Shown: positions 52,417 through 63,099 of the stretch, one piece after another
How the letters are laid out: each line of letters starts with the position of its first letter
How positions within the stretch are numbered: the first letter of the stretch is position 1
Origin: Escherichia coli
GTDB taxonomy: Bacteria; Pseudomonadota; Gammaproteobacteria; Enterobacterales; Enterobacteriaceae
Direction: 5' to 3' (one strand)
NCBI RefSeq assembly: GCF_965641715.1
Contig: NZ_OZ282453.1
Length of the DNA stretch: 64,000 bases
Translations under genes and position numbers: made by a program
The notes under the pieces: model-generated
The model's database searches: none
The model's input: the letters and a program-made list of their open reading frames with translations, nothing else
Told to the model about the DNA's origin: nothing

Positions 52417-54237
52417 CTACTCTCCCTGTTGTCTGGCTGACGGCAGTTTGGCCGCTTTATTAACATCATACCACCAGGTATCGATACCCAGACTGTAAAC
52501 AGGGCGCACAGCGGGTTGGGAGAATTTATCCCACCAGGCGAGACGGTCTTCCGCCATGTACCACATTGGCAGCATGTAATAATTCCACGTTAATACGCGA
52601 TCCAGTGCTCGCCCTAACGGCAGTAATTTTTCTTTATTTCCCTGCGCGGCAATAATTTGGTTGATCAGCGAGTCGATAACCGGGCTTTGCACGCCGGGGG
52701 CATTATAAGTGGAATTGATATATTCCGATGACCAGGAAATCTGTAAATCGGAACTGGGCCACGGCATCGCCCGCCATAGGCGCGGCATCATGTCATAATC
52801 GCGACTGCGCATGCGGTTGGTGATTTGCGAGTTATCCACCTTGCGAATGTCCATGTTGATACCCAGCCGTTGCAGGCTGTGCTGGAACGGCAATACCCAC
52901 TGACTATTGCTGCTTGCGGGAAGCAATAATTCAAAGCTGAGCGGCTGACCCGTTGTGGCATTAACGCGTTGCTGACCCTTCAGCACCCAGCCCGCTTCGT
53001 TGAGAAGTTTGTCGGCTTTTAACAGGTTGTCACGATCGTAGCCATCGCCTTTGGATACCGGCGGCTGGTAGATTTGTGTGAAGACTTCTGGCGGTAGATC
53101 TTTTTTCATTGGTGCCAGAAGCACCAGCTCCGCGGCGTCGGGGTAATTTCTGGCCGCGTATTCGGTATTCTGAAAATAACTGTTCGTGCGACTCCAGGCA
53201 TTGTAAAACAACGCCTTGTTCATCCATTCAAAGTCAAAGGCGAGGGTGATCGCTTCGCGGACCCGGCGATCGCTGAATACCGGACGTTGGATATTAAACG
53301 CCAGCCAGCGCGTATCCTGGGCTGATTCGTTCTTTTGCTCATCTTTGATGATGTATTTTTTATCGAAATTTTTACCGGTATAACGCGTGGCCCAGTTTTT
53401 AGCGTCGTTTTCCATACGCAAATCAAAAGCACCTGCTTTAAACGCTTCAAAGGCGACATTATCATCGAGGTAATAATCGTAGCGAATGGTGTCGAAATTC
53501 CAGCGTCCACGGTTCACCGGTAAGTTTGCTGCCCAGTAATCTTTCACGCGGGAATAGACAATATTTTGCCCCATTTTCCAGGACGTAATTCGGTACGGAC
53601 CACTGGCAAGCGGAGGCGTGGCGAGCGGATCGCTAAGTTTGTGATCCTTCCAGTACTTTTCTGGAAATACCGGCAGCGAAAACAGACTCAACATATCTTC
53701 TTTGCCGGGTTTAGCTAACTCAATGCGCACGGTTAACGGCGCAATGGCTTTGACGGTGGTGCCTTTGTAGACCAGACGAAATTGCGGCACGCCTTCGGTC
53801 ATAAATTTTTGAAAAGTAAACTCTACATCGCGGGCAGTAATGGGCGAACCATCATGAAAACGGGCGCGCGGATTAATAGCGACCTCCACCCAGGAATAAT
53901 CGTCAGCATAGCGTGCGCTTTCAGCAATCAGCGGGTAATAACTGCCTGGTTCGTCATCGGAAGTCGTAAATAGCGTGTCGTACAGCTGCTCGGTGCGTGC
54001 GCCCGGGTTGCCGCGCAGTGCATAGCGGTTGAAATTATCGAAGGTACCGAGGGCTGACAACGTTATCTGCCCACCTTTTGGCGCGGCGGGGTTCACATAA
54101 TCAAAATGGTTGAAATTAAACGCGTACCGGGGTTCGCCCAGCACGGCAAAGGCATAGCTTTCCTTGATAGCCTGCGCCTGCGCACCAAAGGTGAACAGAG
54201 CGATAAACAGCAGCAGTATGCGCACAATCATCTGCAA
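52417..54237 (-). CDS. yejA: Periplasmic substrate-binding protein YejA of the YejABEF importer
   Basis: 606-aa ORF with signal peptide; true start may be the ATG two codons in (MIVRILLL...). Confidence 0.9.
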   Translation of the reverse strand: MQMIVRILLLFIALFTFGAQAQAIKESYAFAVLGEPRYAFNFNHFDYVNPAAPKGGQITLSALGTFDNFNRYALRGNPGARTEQLYDTLFTTSDDEPGSYYPLIAESARYADDYSWVEVAINPRARFHDGSPITARDVEFTFQKFMTEGVPQFRLVYKGTTVKAIAPLTVRIELAKPGKEDMLSLFSLPVFPEKYWKDHKLSDPLATPPLASGPYRITSWKMGQNIVYSRVKDYWAANLPVNRGRWNFDTIRYDYYLDDNVAFEAFKAGAFDLRMENDAKNWATRYTGKNFDKKYIIKDEQKNESAQDTRWLAFNIQRPVFSDRRVREAITLAFDFEWMNKALFYNAWSRTNSYFQNTEYAARNYPDAAELVLLAPMKKDLPPEVFTQIYQPPVSKGDGYDRDNLLKADKLLNEAGWVLKGQQRVNATTGQPLSFELLLPASSNSQWVLPFQHSLQRLGINMDIRKVDNSQITNRMRSRDYDMMPRLWRAMPWPSSDLQISWSSEYINSTYNAPGVQSPVIDSLINQIIAAQGNKEKLLPLGRALDRVLTWNYYMLPMWYMAEDRLAWWDKFSQPAVRPVYSLGIDTWWYDVNKAAKLPSARQQGE

Positions 54238-54312
54238 CGGATTTCCTTTTACTCATCATTAGCCGCAATCCGGCATGCTTTCACTATGAATAATAAGGGA
54301 CGTAAGCACACC

Positions 54313-55869
54313 TTACCACTGCGGCGTATACGGTTTCTTCAGCCAGCGGACAAAATCGTCCAGCGGTAACGGGCGACTAATCCAGTAGCCTTGCATGAAA
54401 TTAACGCCGCGTTCGCTTAGCCATCGCGCCTGTTCCGGCGTTTCGACCCCTTCAGCAACCGTCAGCATATTGAGGCGTTTCGCCAGCGTCAGCACCGCGT
54501 CAAGTACGGGGGAAGTGATCGTTTCCGTACCGATGGCGTTGATAAATCCACGGTCAATTTTCAGATAATCGAGCGTAAAACGCTCAAGATAGATAAGCGC
54601 GCTGTGCCCGGTGCCGAAGTCATCAATAGCAATTTCTATGCCGACCGAGTGCAGCCAGGCGAAGAGTTGTGTGGCTTCTTGCTCTTTCAGCATATCGCGC
54701 TCGGTAATTTCCAGCACAATCTGGAAATGGTGTGCGGGTAGGGAAGTGAGCAGTTTCTGGATATCTGCTTTAAAGCTTTCGCTGTGCAGATGGTCCGGCG
54801 CAATGTTAATGCCAAATTTGACGCCTACCGGCAGAACTTTTTCTAATTCTGCGGCATCGCGGGCAATTAACTCAAACAGGTGCTGAGTCAGCGGCACAAT
54901 CATCTTTTGCGATTCGGCAAAGTTAATGAAGGCATCCGGGGGAATTTCTCCCGCGACAGGATGCCGCCAGCGTAGCAGTACTTCCAGGCCCGTTACTCGC
55001 AAAGCTTGTGTATCCACCACCGGTTGATACGCCACGTAAAATTGTTCGCGCTTGATGGCGGTCATGATTTCTCTGCCGGGGCGCATACGTACGCTCATCA
55101 GGTAATAGCAGAGCAGGCCAACGACAGTTCCACTCATGCCGCCCAGTAAAAATGCGTACCACACATCGTTCCATGTCCAGTCATCTGCATAAAGCCGAAC
55201 GGTCAGAGGAATGCCCGCAATTTTAGTTTCACGGACTGGCATGTCGGTTAATTCGTTAACGTTCATCAAACGTGAAGAAAAGGTAGATAGCGCAGTATTG
55301 CCAATAATGAGGGCGACGCCATCGTAATCTTCCTGCCGTGAACTATAAAAGAGTGAAGGCGTCAGGTTGAGATTCAGAGCGGCAAAGACGCCGCTATTTT
55401 TCAGCAAAGGGTTGCGATACCAGATGACGATTGCGGGTTTGTTCGGCACCATCGGCGTGCCGGGTAAGATCGCCATATCGACATTTTTATTAATGTCGAG
55501 CGCCGGAATCAATTCATTGAGTGGAATGTCCATCTCACCGGTCGCAGATGAACAGAATGTTTTTTTATCTTTCACCAGCACAAACGTACGGACATTCATG
55601 CTAAACGCCGCGCGGGCGGTCAGTTCGGGGTTAGCCTGCTGGCAGGTATCTAAGGTCAGCGGCTGAAGCCGGTCAGTAGTGGATTTCAGGTCGGCAAAAT
55701 AGGTATCGAGATACTTTTGTACGTCGGTAATCAGTGTGTCGTATTTGACTTCGTGCTTATGCCAGGCCACCAAAAACTGAAGGCAGCTCACCAGTATCGC
55801 AATCATCACGCCTGCAACAATGCAGGTAAGCAGGAGCTTACGTCCAGAATTGGGAGCGCGTATGAACAT
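54313..55869 (-). CDS. pdeN: c-di-GMP phosphodiesterase PdeN (Rtn); CSS-motif sensor plus EAL domain
   Basis: 518-aa ORF; N-terminal TM/periplasmic sensor; C-terminal EAL domain (motif ELTE at ...QIVLEITERDM...). Confidence 0.9.
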   Translation of the reverse strand: MFIRAPNSGRKLLLTCIVAGVMIAILVSCLQFLVAWHKHEVKYDTLITDVQKYLDTYFADLKSTTDRLQPLTLDTCQQANPELTARAAFSMNVRTFVLVKDKKTFCSSATGEMDIPLNELIPALDINKNVDMAILPGTPMVPNKPAIVIWYRNPLLKNSGVFAALNLNLTPSLFYSSRQEDYDGVALIIGNTALSTFSSRLMNVNELTDMPVRETKIAGIPLTVRLYADDWTWNDVWYAFLLGGMSGTVVGLLCYYLMSVRMRPGREIMTAIKREQFYVAYQPVVDTQALRVTGLEVLLRWRHPVAGEIPPDAFINFAESQKMIVPLTQHLFELIARDAAELEKVLPVGVKFGINIAPDHLHSESFKADIQKLLTSLPAHHFQIVLEITERDMLKEQEATQLFAWLHSVGIEIAIDDFGTGHSALIYLERFTLDYLKIDRGFINAIGTETITSPVLDAVLTLAKRLNMLTVAEGVETPEQARWLSERGVNFMQGYWISRPLPLDDFVRWLKKPYTPQW

Positions 55870-56049
55870 GATTCCGTTAATTTCCTGAAATTACGACAAC
55901 ATTTAAAAGATAACAATGACCGGACTATAGCCTGGATCAAGACGCGGAAACATCATTTTCTCTGATGAATGAAAACAAAAAAGCACTGCCTAAGCAGTGC
56001 TTTCAGTTAACTCGTCAGGATAGCCAAGGGATTGCATCCAAACGGTTTA

Positions 56050-56616
56050 TTAGCTGCGGCTGAGAACCCGGCGTGCTTCGTTGTAACGCTTCTTCCAGTA
56101 CGGTTCATTCATGCTGGAAATAATAACACCACTGCTGGTGGAAGCATGGACAAACTGATTGTTGCCGATATAAATACCGACATGGCGTCCCGTTGAACCG
56201 GCACGGAACAGAACTAAATCACCCGTACGCAAATTACTGCGGGAAACAGATTTACCCATTTCCTGCTGTTCGTAAGTCGAACGCGGAAGTTCTAAGCCAA
56301 ATTGCTCACGGAATGTACGCTGTACGAAACCAGAACAATCGATACCTTTTTTAGTGCTGCCGCCCAGACGATAACGTACGCCTTTCCAGTCAGCATACTG
56401 ATCCATAATTCGCGATTTTACGTCGACATTACGAACCAGGTTTTCAAATTCATCCTGAGAAGCTTGCAGTGATGATGTTTCACTACCCACTGCACGTGTC
56501 TCAGGATGCATATTCTTTGCGGTGTTATTTGCACTACATGCAGAAAGCAGAACCGCTACTGCAATCGCGGGGATCCCGCGCAAGATATATCTCAAAATCG
56601 GTTGAGATTTGACCAT
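56050..56616 (-). CDS. mepS: Peptidoglycan DD-endopeptidase MepS (Spr), NlpC/P60 lipoprotein
   Basis: 188-aa ORF; lipobox LLSAC; catalytic Cys in GIDCSGFV; His pair in [17 protein letters not shown]. Confidence 0.95.
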
Positions 56617-57027
56617 GTTGTTTGTTTTCCCTTGAAGTCCTTAACGACAAATATCGTTATAAAAAAATGCCAAGCGACACGAGACTAATTACCTGGGCAT
56701 GTTGAAACAATTCCTTAAGGCCAAATCTGTGGACTAACGCACAAAATTATATGCTGTGAGGATAATCTACCGCCGAGGCAAAACGAGTTCGAGATTACCC
56801 GATTGGTGCGGTCTTGGCGAGCGGTTTTACATGATTTTTTATAAGAAAAAGTGATACAGAAAGTTAATAAGCGGGATTGGTCAATTAAAGTACGATTGAG
56901 TGAAACGCATGCAATCCATTCATTTACTTAGAGAATGATTTTTGCTTTCGATGGATGAAAGCACGGTGCGCATCATCAGGATTATCCTCACTATAAAAAT
57001 AAACCTGATGATGTTAATTACTGTGAG

Positions 57028-57741
57028 TTATTTGTTTTGGAAATGTTTGTTTTTTCCCGGTAGTGATTTGTCAAAAAAGGTGATTAATCGATCACTTAAT
57101 GGCGTCAGCAACACCCAGGGCAAACCGATCAATATCACGGTCATCGAACCGACAATGATGTCAGAAAACCAGTGTGCGCCAATCATTACTCTGGGAAACG
57201 CAAAAACCACAAAAATAATAAGGGCGATAAGACCTGCAACTTTGCCGAAATAACGCCACATGAATGCCGAAAAAATAAGCAGCATCATGCCGTGATCGCC
57301 GGGAAAGCTATCTCGTGAGGCATCTTTCGTGGGGACAGAGAGCAGTTCGCTGACGCGGTTAATATCGGTAAAAGTCAATGTTGGGCTGGCCCGTTTTACA
57401 GGAATTAATGCCTGACCCAGCTGATTTAATACCACTGCAGTTAATAGCATGACCAGACCAATAATCACGATACGTCGTCTGCCTGGGGCGTTTTCTTTCA
57501 GCCAGAAACTCAGCATCAACATTCCCATCGCCAGCAGTGAACAACCGTCGAAAGCGCGATTGTTGGTCAATGCAACCAGCCACAAAAAGGCCTTACTTTC
57601 GACCAGTTTCTGATTAAAGAAATAAAAAATATCCGCATCAATCGGCAACCAGAATCCATGATTAACGGGAATATACCAGGAAAGAAACAGCGCTAGGCCG
57701 ACAATATTCAACAACACTATTTGCGGCAAATTTTTAATCAT
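57028..57741 (-). CDS. lpxT: Lipid A 1-diphosphate synthase LpxT (YeiU), PAP2 family
   Basis: ORF 57028-57777 trimmed to ATG 57741 (MIKNLPQIVLLNIVGLALF..., 237 aa); PAP2 motif residues (PGDHG, RVMIGAHWFSD). Confidence 0.9.
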   Translation of the reverse strand: MIKNLPQIVLLNIVGLALFLSWYIPVNHGFWLPIDADIFYFFNQKLVESKAFLWLVALTNNRAFDGCSLLAMGMLMLSFWLKENAPGRRRIVIIGLVMLLTAVVLNQLGQALIPVKRASPTLTFTDINRVSELLSVPTKDASRDSFPGDHGMMLLIFSAFMWRYFGKVAGLIALIIFVVFAFPRVMIGAHWFSDIIVGSMTVILIGLPWVLLTPLSDRLITFFDKSLPGKNKHFQNK

Positions 57742-57779
57742 ATTTTCTCTAATTATCTTACTGAAAAACGCAGGCAACC

Positions 57780-58766
57780 TTACGCGGTAGTCGCTAAACG
57801 AAGCTTCAACAGCGCGCTCTGCAAGCCATTCCAGTCAGCTTCGCTGCTGGAAATCAGCTCAATACGGCTGTCCGGTGGCGCAACGTTTTGCGTTTCAATG
57901 TGCAGGTCATCGCCCTGACGGTTGATTCGCACCAGCCCTTCGGGAATACGCAGCACGCCTTTGACGCGTTCCACCGGTGCAAGTCGCGCCCATTCCAGAA
58001 TGCCAATGGTGTCGAATACCGTATCAGCGTCGAATATCCAGCCGCAGGCCTGATGTCCTTGTCCACTGTTCAGACTGCGACGCCAGCGTTGATGCTCTGG
58101 CAGGCTTAACGCTGCTAACCCTTTTTTCACGACATGCTGATGAGAATGCGCGGCGCTGGCGGGCAACTCGGCTAAATTGCGACGCGGCAAATCCAGAAGA
58201 TGACCGTCAACTTTCCCATGCTCACTGTGAATTAATTGTCGATCGCCACCATTTTGCTGCCACCAACGCTGTAGCGCTTGCTCACTTTCGGGCGTCGCAC
58301 GGTCGGATTTATTGGCGACAATAATGTCTGCGGCAGCCAGCTGGTCACGGAAGTTTTCATTGCTGGCGCTTTTTTCGTCCAGCAGCAGGCGTGGATCGAG
58401 AATGCACAACGTGGCGCGCAGATCTATCCACGGTTCATAGACTGGTGCGGTTAACAGATCGAGGATCTGTTTCGGATGGCCCAGCCCGGTCGGCTCTATC
58501 AACAAGCGGTCTGGTTTTCCCTGACGCAATAAGGTATTCAACCCTACCTGCATGGGTAAACCATTAACGCAGCACATGCAGCCGCCGGGGATCTCTTTCA
58601 GCAATGCGCCGCTATCGGCGAGCAAAGCACCATCAATTCCGACTTCCCCAAATTCATTAACCAGTACCGCCCATTTTTCGTTGGGATCTTTATGGGCTAA
58701 CAGATGAAGAATCGACGTGGTTTTCCCGCTGCCGAGAAAACCGGTGATGAGGTTGGTCCTGGTCAC
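57780..58766 (-). CDS. yeiR: CobW/COG0523-family zinc-associated GTPase YeiR
   Basis: 328-aa ORF; P-loop GFLGSGKTT; CxCC motif (GGCMCC). Confidence 0.92.
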   Translation of the reverse strand: MTRTNLITGFLGSGKTTSILHLLAHKDPNEKWAVLVNEFGEVGIDGALLADSGALLKEIPGGCMCCVNGLPMQVGLNTLLRQGKPDRLLIEPTGLGHPKQILDLLTAPVYEPWIDLRATLCILDPRLLLDEKSASNENFRDQLAAADIIVANKSDRATPESEQALQRWWQQNGGDRQLIHSEHGKVDGHLLDLPRRNLAELPASAAHSHQHVVKKGLAALSLPEHQRWRRSLNSGQGHQACGWIFDADTVFDTIGILEWARLAPVERVKGVLRIPEGLVRINRQGDDLHIETQNVAPPDSRIELISSSEADWNGLQSALLKLRLATTA

Positions 58767-58883
58767 AACGGCTCCGCAATACTCTGGTAAGTTAACTGAG
58801 CGTTAATCCTGGCTAAAAATGGCAGAAAAGAGAAGAGGAGAGCGGACGAAGGCGAGCTTCATCCGCTTTAACCGCAGAAATCG

Positions 58884-60359
58884 TTAAATTTTGAGGGTAT
58901 TTAATAGCGCCTGATGCGCGCCGAATTGTGCGATTTGTTGCCAGGCTTGTTCGATGGCCTGCACAAAATGCGGGTTATCTGGCAGATCATCACCGAAAAC
59001 TTCACGCAGGGAAAGCAGGGCGGTGACGCGTTGCTCACTGCTGCTGCCCGCAACAAGATCGCGAATTTTATCGCTAAGCGGATCGCGAACATCAATGGCA
59101 TTTCCGGCATCATCAACGCCGCTGACGTAACGCATCCAGCCTGCAACGCCTAATGCCAGCAACGACCAGTCCGTTTCGCGCCCCAGATGTATGCGAATAC
59201 CTGCCAGCATGCGTTGCGGTAATTTCTGGCTGCCATCCATCGCGATTTGCCAGGTCTTATGTTTCAGCGCCGGATTAGCAAAACGTGCAATTAACTTATC
59301 CGCATATTGTGTTAAATCGACATCTTTAATCCGCAGTGTCGGCGCTTGCTCATCCAGCATTAATGTTCTGGCGGCATGGCGAAATGCGCGATCCTGCATG
59401 CAATCACTGATATGGGCGAATCCTGAGAGGTAACCCAGATAAGCGAGAAAAGAGTGGCTGCCATTAAGCATCCGCAGTTTCATCTCTTCCCATGGCAGGA
59501 CATCATTCACCATTTGTACACCTGCGACTTCCCAGGCAGGACGCCCAGCGACGAAGTTATCTTCCACCACCCACTGGATAAACGGTTCGCAGCTAATCGC
59601 GCAGGGATCATTCACCCCCAGATGCTGGCTGATTTCCGCCAGTGATTCGTCGGTTGCAGCCGGAACAATGCGGTCGACCATGGTTCCCGGAAAACTGACG
59701 TGTTCTTTTATCCACCCGGCGAGTTCTGGCGAACGTTTTTCTGCCATTCCCAGCACCGCGTTTTTCACCACATGGCCATTGTCGGGAATATTGTCGCAGG
59801 AGAGCACGGTAAACGGTGTAAGGCCGCGCTCACGGCGGCGTTTCAGTGCTTCGACGAGAATACCTGGTGCGGAGTGAGGTTCTTCAGGGGTTTGTAGATC
59901 GTGAATAATCCGCGGATTGCTGGTGTCGAGTGCACCGGTGGCCGGGTCAATACAATAGCCTTTTTCGGTAATCGTCAGGGAAACAATTGCCACCTGTGGC
60001 TCGCAAAACTTCTCAATAATTGCCGCTAAGGAATCCAGTTTTGCATTAAGGCATTCGTGAACGGCACCGACAATTATCGCCTGATTGCCGTCCGCACCTT
60101 TCTCCAGCACGGTATATAAATGGTTCTGTGCGCGGAGCTGGCTCATCAGTTGATCACCGCTGAACAAGCTGATTTCACAGATCCCCCAGTCGCCGCCCTG
60201 GGCATTCAGCACACGATCGGTCAGTAACGCCTGATGTGCGCGGTGAAAGGCTCCAAAGCCAAAATGAACGATACGTGATTGCAACTGCTGGCGATCGTAG
60301 CGTGGAGCGTGTACATGATGCGGGAGCGTAACGGAGGCGATTGTATTCATAGGAGTCAC
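58884..60359 (-). CDS. yeiQ: Mannitol dehydrogenase-family oxidoreductase YeiQ
   Basis: 491-aa ORF; N-terminal Rossmann GFGAFHRAH motif; start may be 3 codons downstream (MNTIAS...). Confidence 0.9.
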   Translation of the reverse strand: MTPMNTIASVTLPHHVHAPRYDRQQLQSRIVHFGFGAFHRAHQALLTDRVLNAQGGDWGICEISLFSGDQLMSQLRAQNHLYTVLEKGADGNQAIIVGAVHECLNAKLDSLAAIIEKFCEPQVAIVSLTITEKGYCIDPATGALDTSNPRIIHDLQTPEEPHSAPGILVEALKRRRERGLTPFTVLSCDNIPDNGHVVKNAVLGMAEKRSPELAGWIKEHVSFPGTMVDRIVPAATDESLAEISQHLGVNDPCAISCEPFIQWVVEDNFVAGRPAWEVAGVQMVNDVLPWEEMKLRMLNGSHSFLAYLGYLSGFAHISDCMQDRAFRHAARTLMLDEQAPTLRIKDVDLTQYADKLIARFANPALKHKTWQIAMDGSQKLPQRMLAGIRIHLGRETDWSLLALGVAGWMRYVSGVDDAGNAIDVRDPLSDKIRDLVAGSSSEQRVTALLSLREVFGDDLPDNPHFVQAIEQAWQQIAQFGAHQALLNTLKI

Positions 60360-60572
60360 GTCTTAGTAACGATTAATTAACAATAACAGTGTAAAGTTAT
60401 ATGACAGCAATTGAAATTGGTCTGGATTGTTAATGCGATGAAGTGTGAGGGCGATCAATCAACGAGTGAATATTGCGGGCGTAAGGTGTTCAGGAAGCGC
60501 AAAATAGAAGATTGGTATAATAAATTAAAAAAGGGACAGCCTGAGCTATCCCTTTTCTGCCTGCGGCTGAAG

Positions 60573-61145
60573 TTAGTCAGCACGCCCCATATAACGGCGT
60601 TCTTCGATATGGATACGAATTTTTTCGCCCGGGCTTAAGTATTCTGGTACCTGAATCACCAGACCAGTGCTCAATGTCGCCGGTTTGTTACGGGCGCTGG
60701 CAGATGCCCCTTTGATGCCTGGTGCGGTTTCAACGATTTCCAGATCAACGGTCTGCGGCAGCTCAAGCGCCAGCAGTTGACCGTCCCAGGTCAGCACCTG
60801 CATGTCCGGCATGCCGCCTTCTGGCATAAACAGCAACTCTTCTTCAATCTGATCTTTGGTGAAGGTATACGGGGTATAGTCTTCTTTATCCATAAAGACA
60901 TATTCGTTACCATCGACATAGGAGAAGTCAACGTAACGGCGGGTCAGCGTCACGGTGTCAACGATATCATCACCTTTGAAACGCTCTTCTACTTTCAGCC
61001 CGGTACGGACATCAGAAAAACGCATTTTGTACAGCGTAGCGGCACCGCGGGCAGTGGGCGACTGAATATCAATGTCCTTAACCAGTAGCAGTTTGCCGTT
61101 GTAATTCAGTACCATACCTTTTTTAATTTCGTTCGCTCTTGGCAT
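60573..61145 (-). CDS. yeiP: Elongation factor P-like protein YeiP (EfpL)
   Basis: ORF 60573-61400 trimmed to ATG 61145 ([30 protein letters not shown]..., 190 aa); hairpin terminator with T-run downstream of the stop. Confidence 0.92.
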
Positions 61146-61299
61146 CGAAAAATTCCTGTAGTCGAAAATGTCAAAAATATCGCGACAAAGTACTCGCGAC
61201 GGGCCTTTCGGGCAAGTGGTATTCGCACTTTTGCTGGTGCAAAAAAGGTGGTACTGTGCGCGCTCATCAATCCGGTGGTTAACCTTAAGAGAACAACGT

Positions 61300-61554
61300 A
61301 TGGAATGCCGTCCGGGTTGCGGGGCGTGTTGCACTGCCCCTTCAATTTCCAGCCCTATTCCCGGTATGCCAGATGGCAAGCCCGCCAATACGCCCTGCAT
61401 TCAGCTTGATGAACAGCAACGCTGTAAAATTTTCACCTCGCCACTGCGGCCGAAAGTCTGTGCAGGCTTACAAGCCAGCGCTGAAATGTGCGGTAACTCG
61501 CGTCAGCAGGCAATGACCTGGCTTATCGATCTGGAAATGCTGACCGCGCCTTAA
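61300..61554 (+). CDS. yeiW: UPF0153 cysteine-cluster protein YeiW
   Basis: ORF 61168-61554 trimmed to ATG 61300 ([17 protein letters not shown]..., 84 aa); Cys-rich (CRPGCGACC, later single Cys residues). Confidence 0.8.
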
Positions 61555-62732
61555 ACATCTTTAATCCGCAGTAAGCAAAACAGAGTGGCGATAATCATCA
61601 CCATCGCAAACCAGAACACAGCGTGATAATTCCAGATCTCGGCGACGATGCCCGCTACAGATCCAGCGATGATCCAGCCCACGCGCGACGTGTTGGTATA
61701 GAGCGTGGTGGCTGAACCTGCCTGACCGGGCATCAAATCCTGAAAATAGAGCATCCCGATGCCGCCCAGAATGCCAATAAAAATAGCATTTAGCAGCTGC
61801 AAGCCCAACAGAATGGCAGGTGAATGCGCCATCAGCATTCCTGCGTAAAAACAGACGCCACCCACGGCAGCAACGCGCATTAAGAAACGCTTACCCAGAC
61901 GTTTGGCAAAATATCCGGCAATCAACATGGTCGGGATTTCCAGCCCGGCGGCGGTCCCCATCATCACGCCTGCCAGTTTCTCGGGAAGATGCAGTTCGTT
62001 GATTATAAATAGCGGCATGTTGATGATGTACAGACTGTTCGAGCCCCACATCAATGTACAAATGACAAACAGCAGCAGCGTATCGCGACGGTTACGGCGC
62101 GGCGCTTCGATCGTGCCGGTCGCCAGCGGAAGCTCTTTTTGCATCGACGGTAAAAACAGCCACACCATCACGCCGCAAACAATAAATGCTACCGCTGCGC
62201 TCAGATACATTACCGTAAAGCTGAAACCCATCGCTAAGGCATAAGCCAGCGGTGGGCCAATGACCCATGCCAGTGAAACCTGAGCGCGTAAAAAAGAGCT
62301 GAACATCACCGCCTCACGTCCGGTTTTGTCGGCATGTTCACGGGCAAGGGCAAACATTTGCGGGTTAGCGGTCGAGCCAAAGCTGCTAAGAAAGACGCCA
62401 ACGAATAGCAAAACAAAGTAGTTGCGATTCCAGGCAAAAAGGGTGCAGGCCAGCACGCCTAACAGGCAGCAAAAGACAATCAGCGATTTGCGATCGCCGC
62501 GCTTATCAGAGCGCCCGGCGAGAAACTGACTCACCAGAATCCCAATGACAGCGCTGTCGGTAAAGAAGAATCCCACCATCGCCGGACGGGCATGTACTTC
62601 ATCGGTAAGAAAAATACTGAGTGTCGGGGTTTGCAGAGCGCCCGCAATACCGGTGAGAAAGGCAACGATTAAAAACGCCGTCGAGGTCAGGTCAAACGAT
62701 TTCGCGCTGGAGACTGCGGGGGAGTTATGCAT
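61551..62732 (-). CDS. setB: MFS sugar efflux transporter SetB
   Basis: 393-aa polytopic [31 protein letters not shown]... Confidence 0.92.
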
Positions 62733-62997
62733 GCTGGTCGATCACTGGAAGAGGAAGACGCGGAGTTTACGCTGCTTGTCAGAAAATAAACATACAGCGA
62801 AATCAAAAGCGCCACGAATAATCAAAATGCCATTTCACTGTTGCTGATTGGCTGCTGACGCTGCTGAAATGAAATTGCTGATAACGGATTTTCCCATCAG
62901 CAATTAGGAAAAATGACAAAAAATTGTGCAGCACATCAAACTTTTGCTCATAACTTTACGGCTTTCCTTGCGTGCTGAAACAGAAGTATTATGCTTT

Positions 62998-63080
62998 CTT
63001 GAAACGTTTCAGCGCGATCTTGTCTTTAACCCTAAGCCAGGTTGGCGCTTTTTTTCTCATAGAAGCTGAATCGTTTCAAT
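62998..63080 (+). promoter_or_regulatory. fruBKA promoter region with two Cra (FruR) operator-like palindromes
   Basis: CTTGAAACGTTTCAGC (62998-63013) and GCTGAATCGTTTCAAT (63065-63080) match the Cra TGAA-N-CG-N-TTCA type consensus, immediately upstream of fruB. Confidence 0.7.
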
Positions 63081-63099
63081 TCAGCAAGAGAGGAGAACT

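Noticed and set aside
56942-57253. 103-codon plus-strand ORF upstream of and overlapping the lpxT 3' end
   Set aside because: It begins in the mepS-lpxT intergenic region but mostly overlaps lpxT in antisense. The translation is hydrophobic and low-complexity with no ribosome-binding site. The adjacent 10-bp inverted repeat (CATCATCAGG...CCTGATGATG) more likely forms a 3' stem-loop for lpxT.
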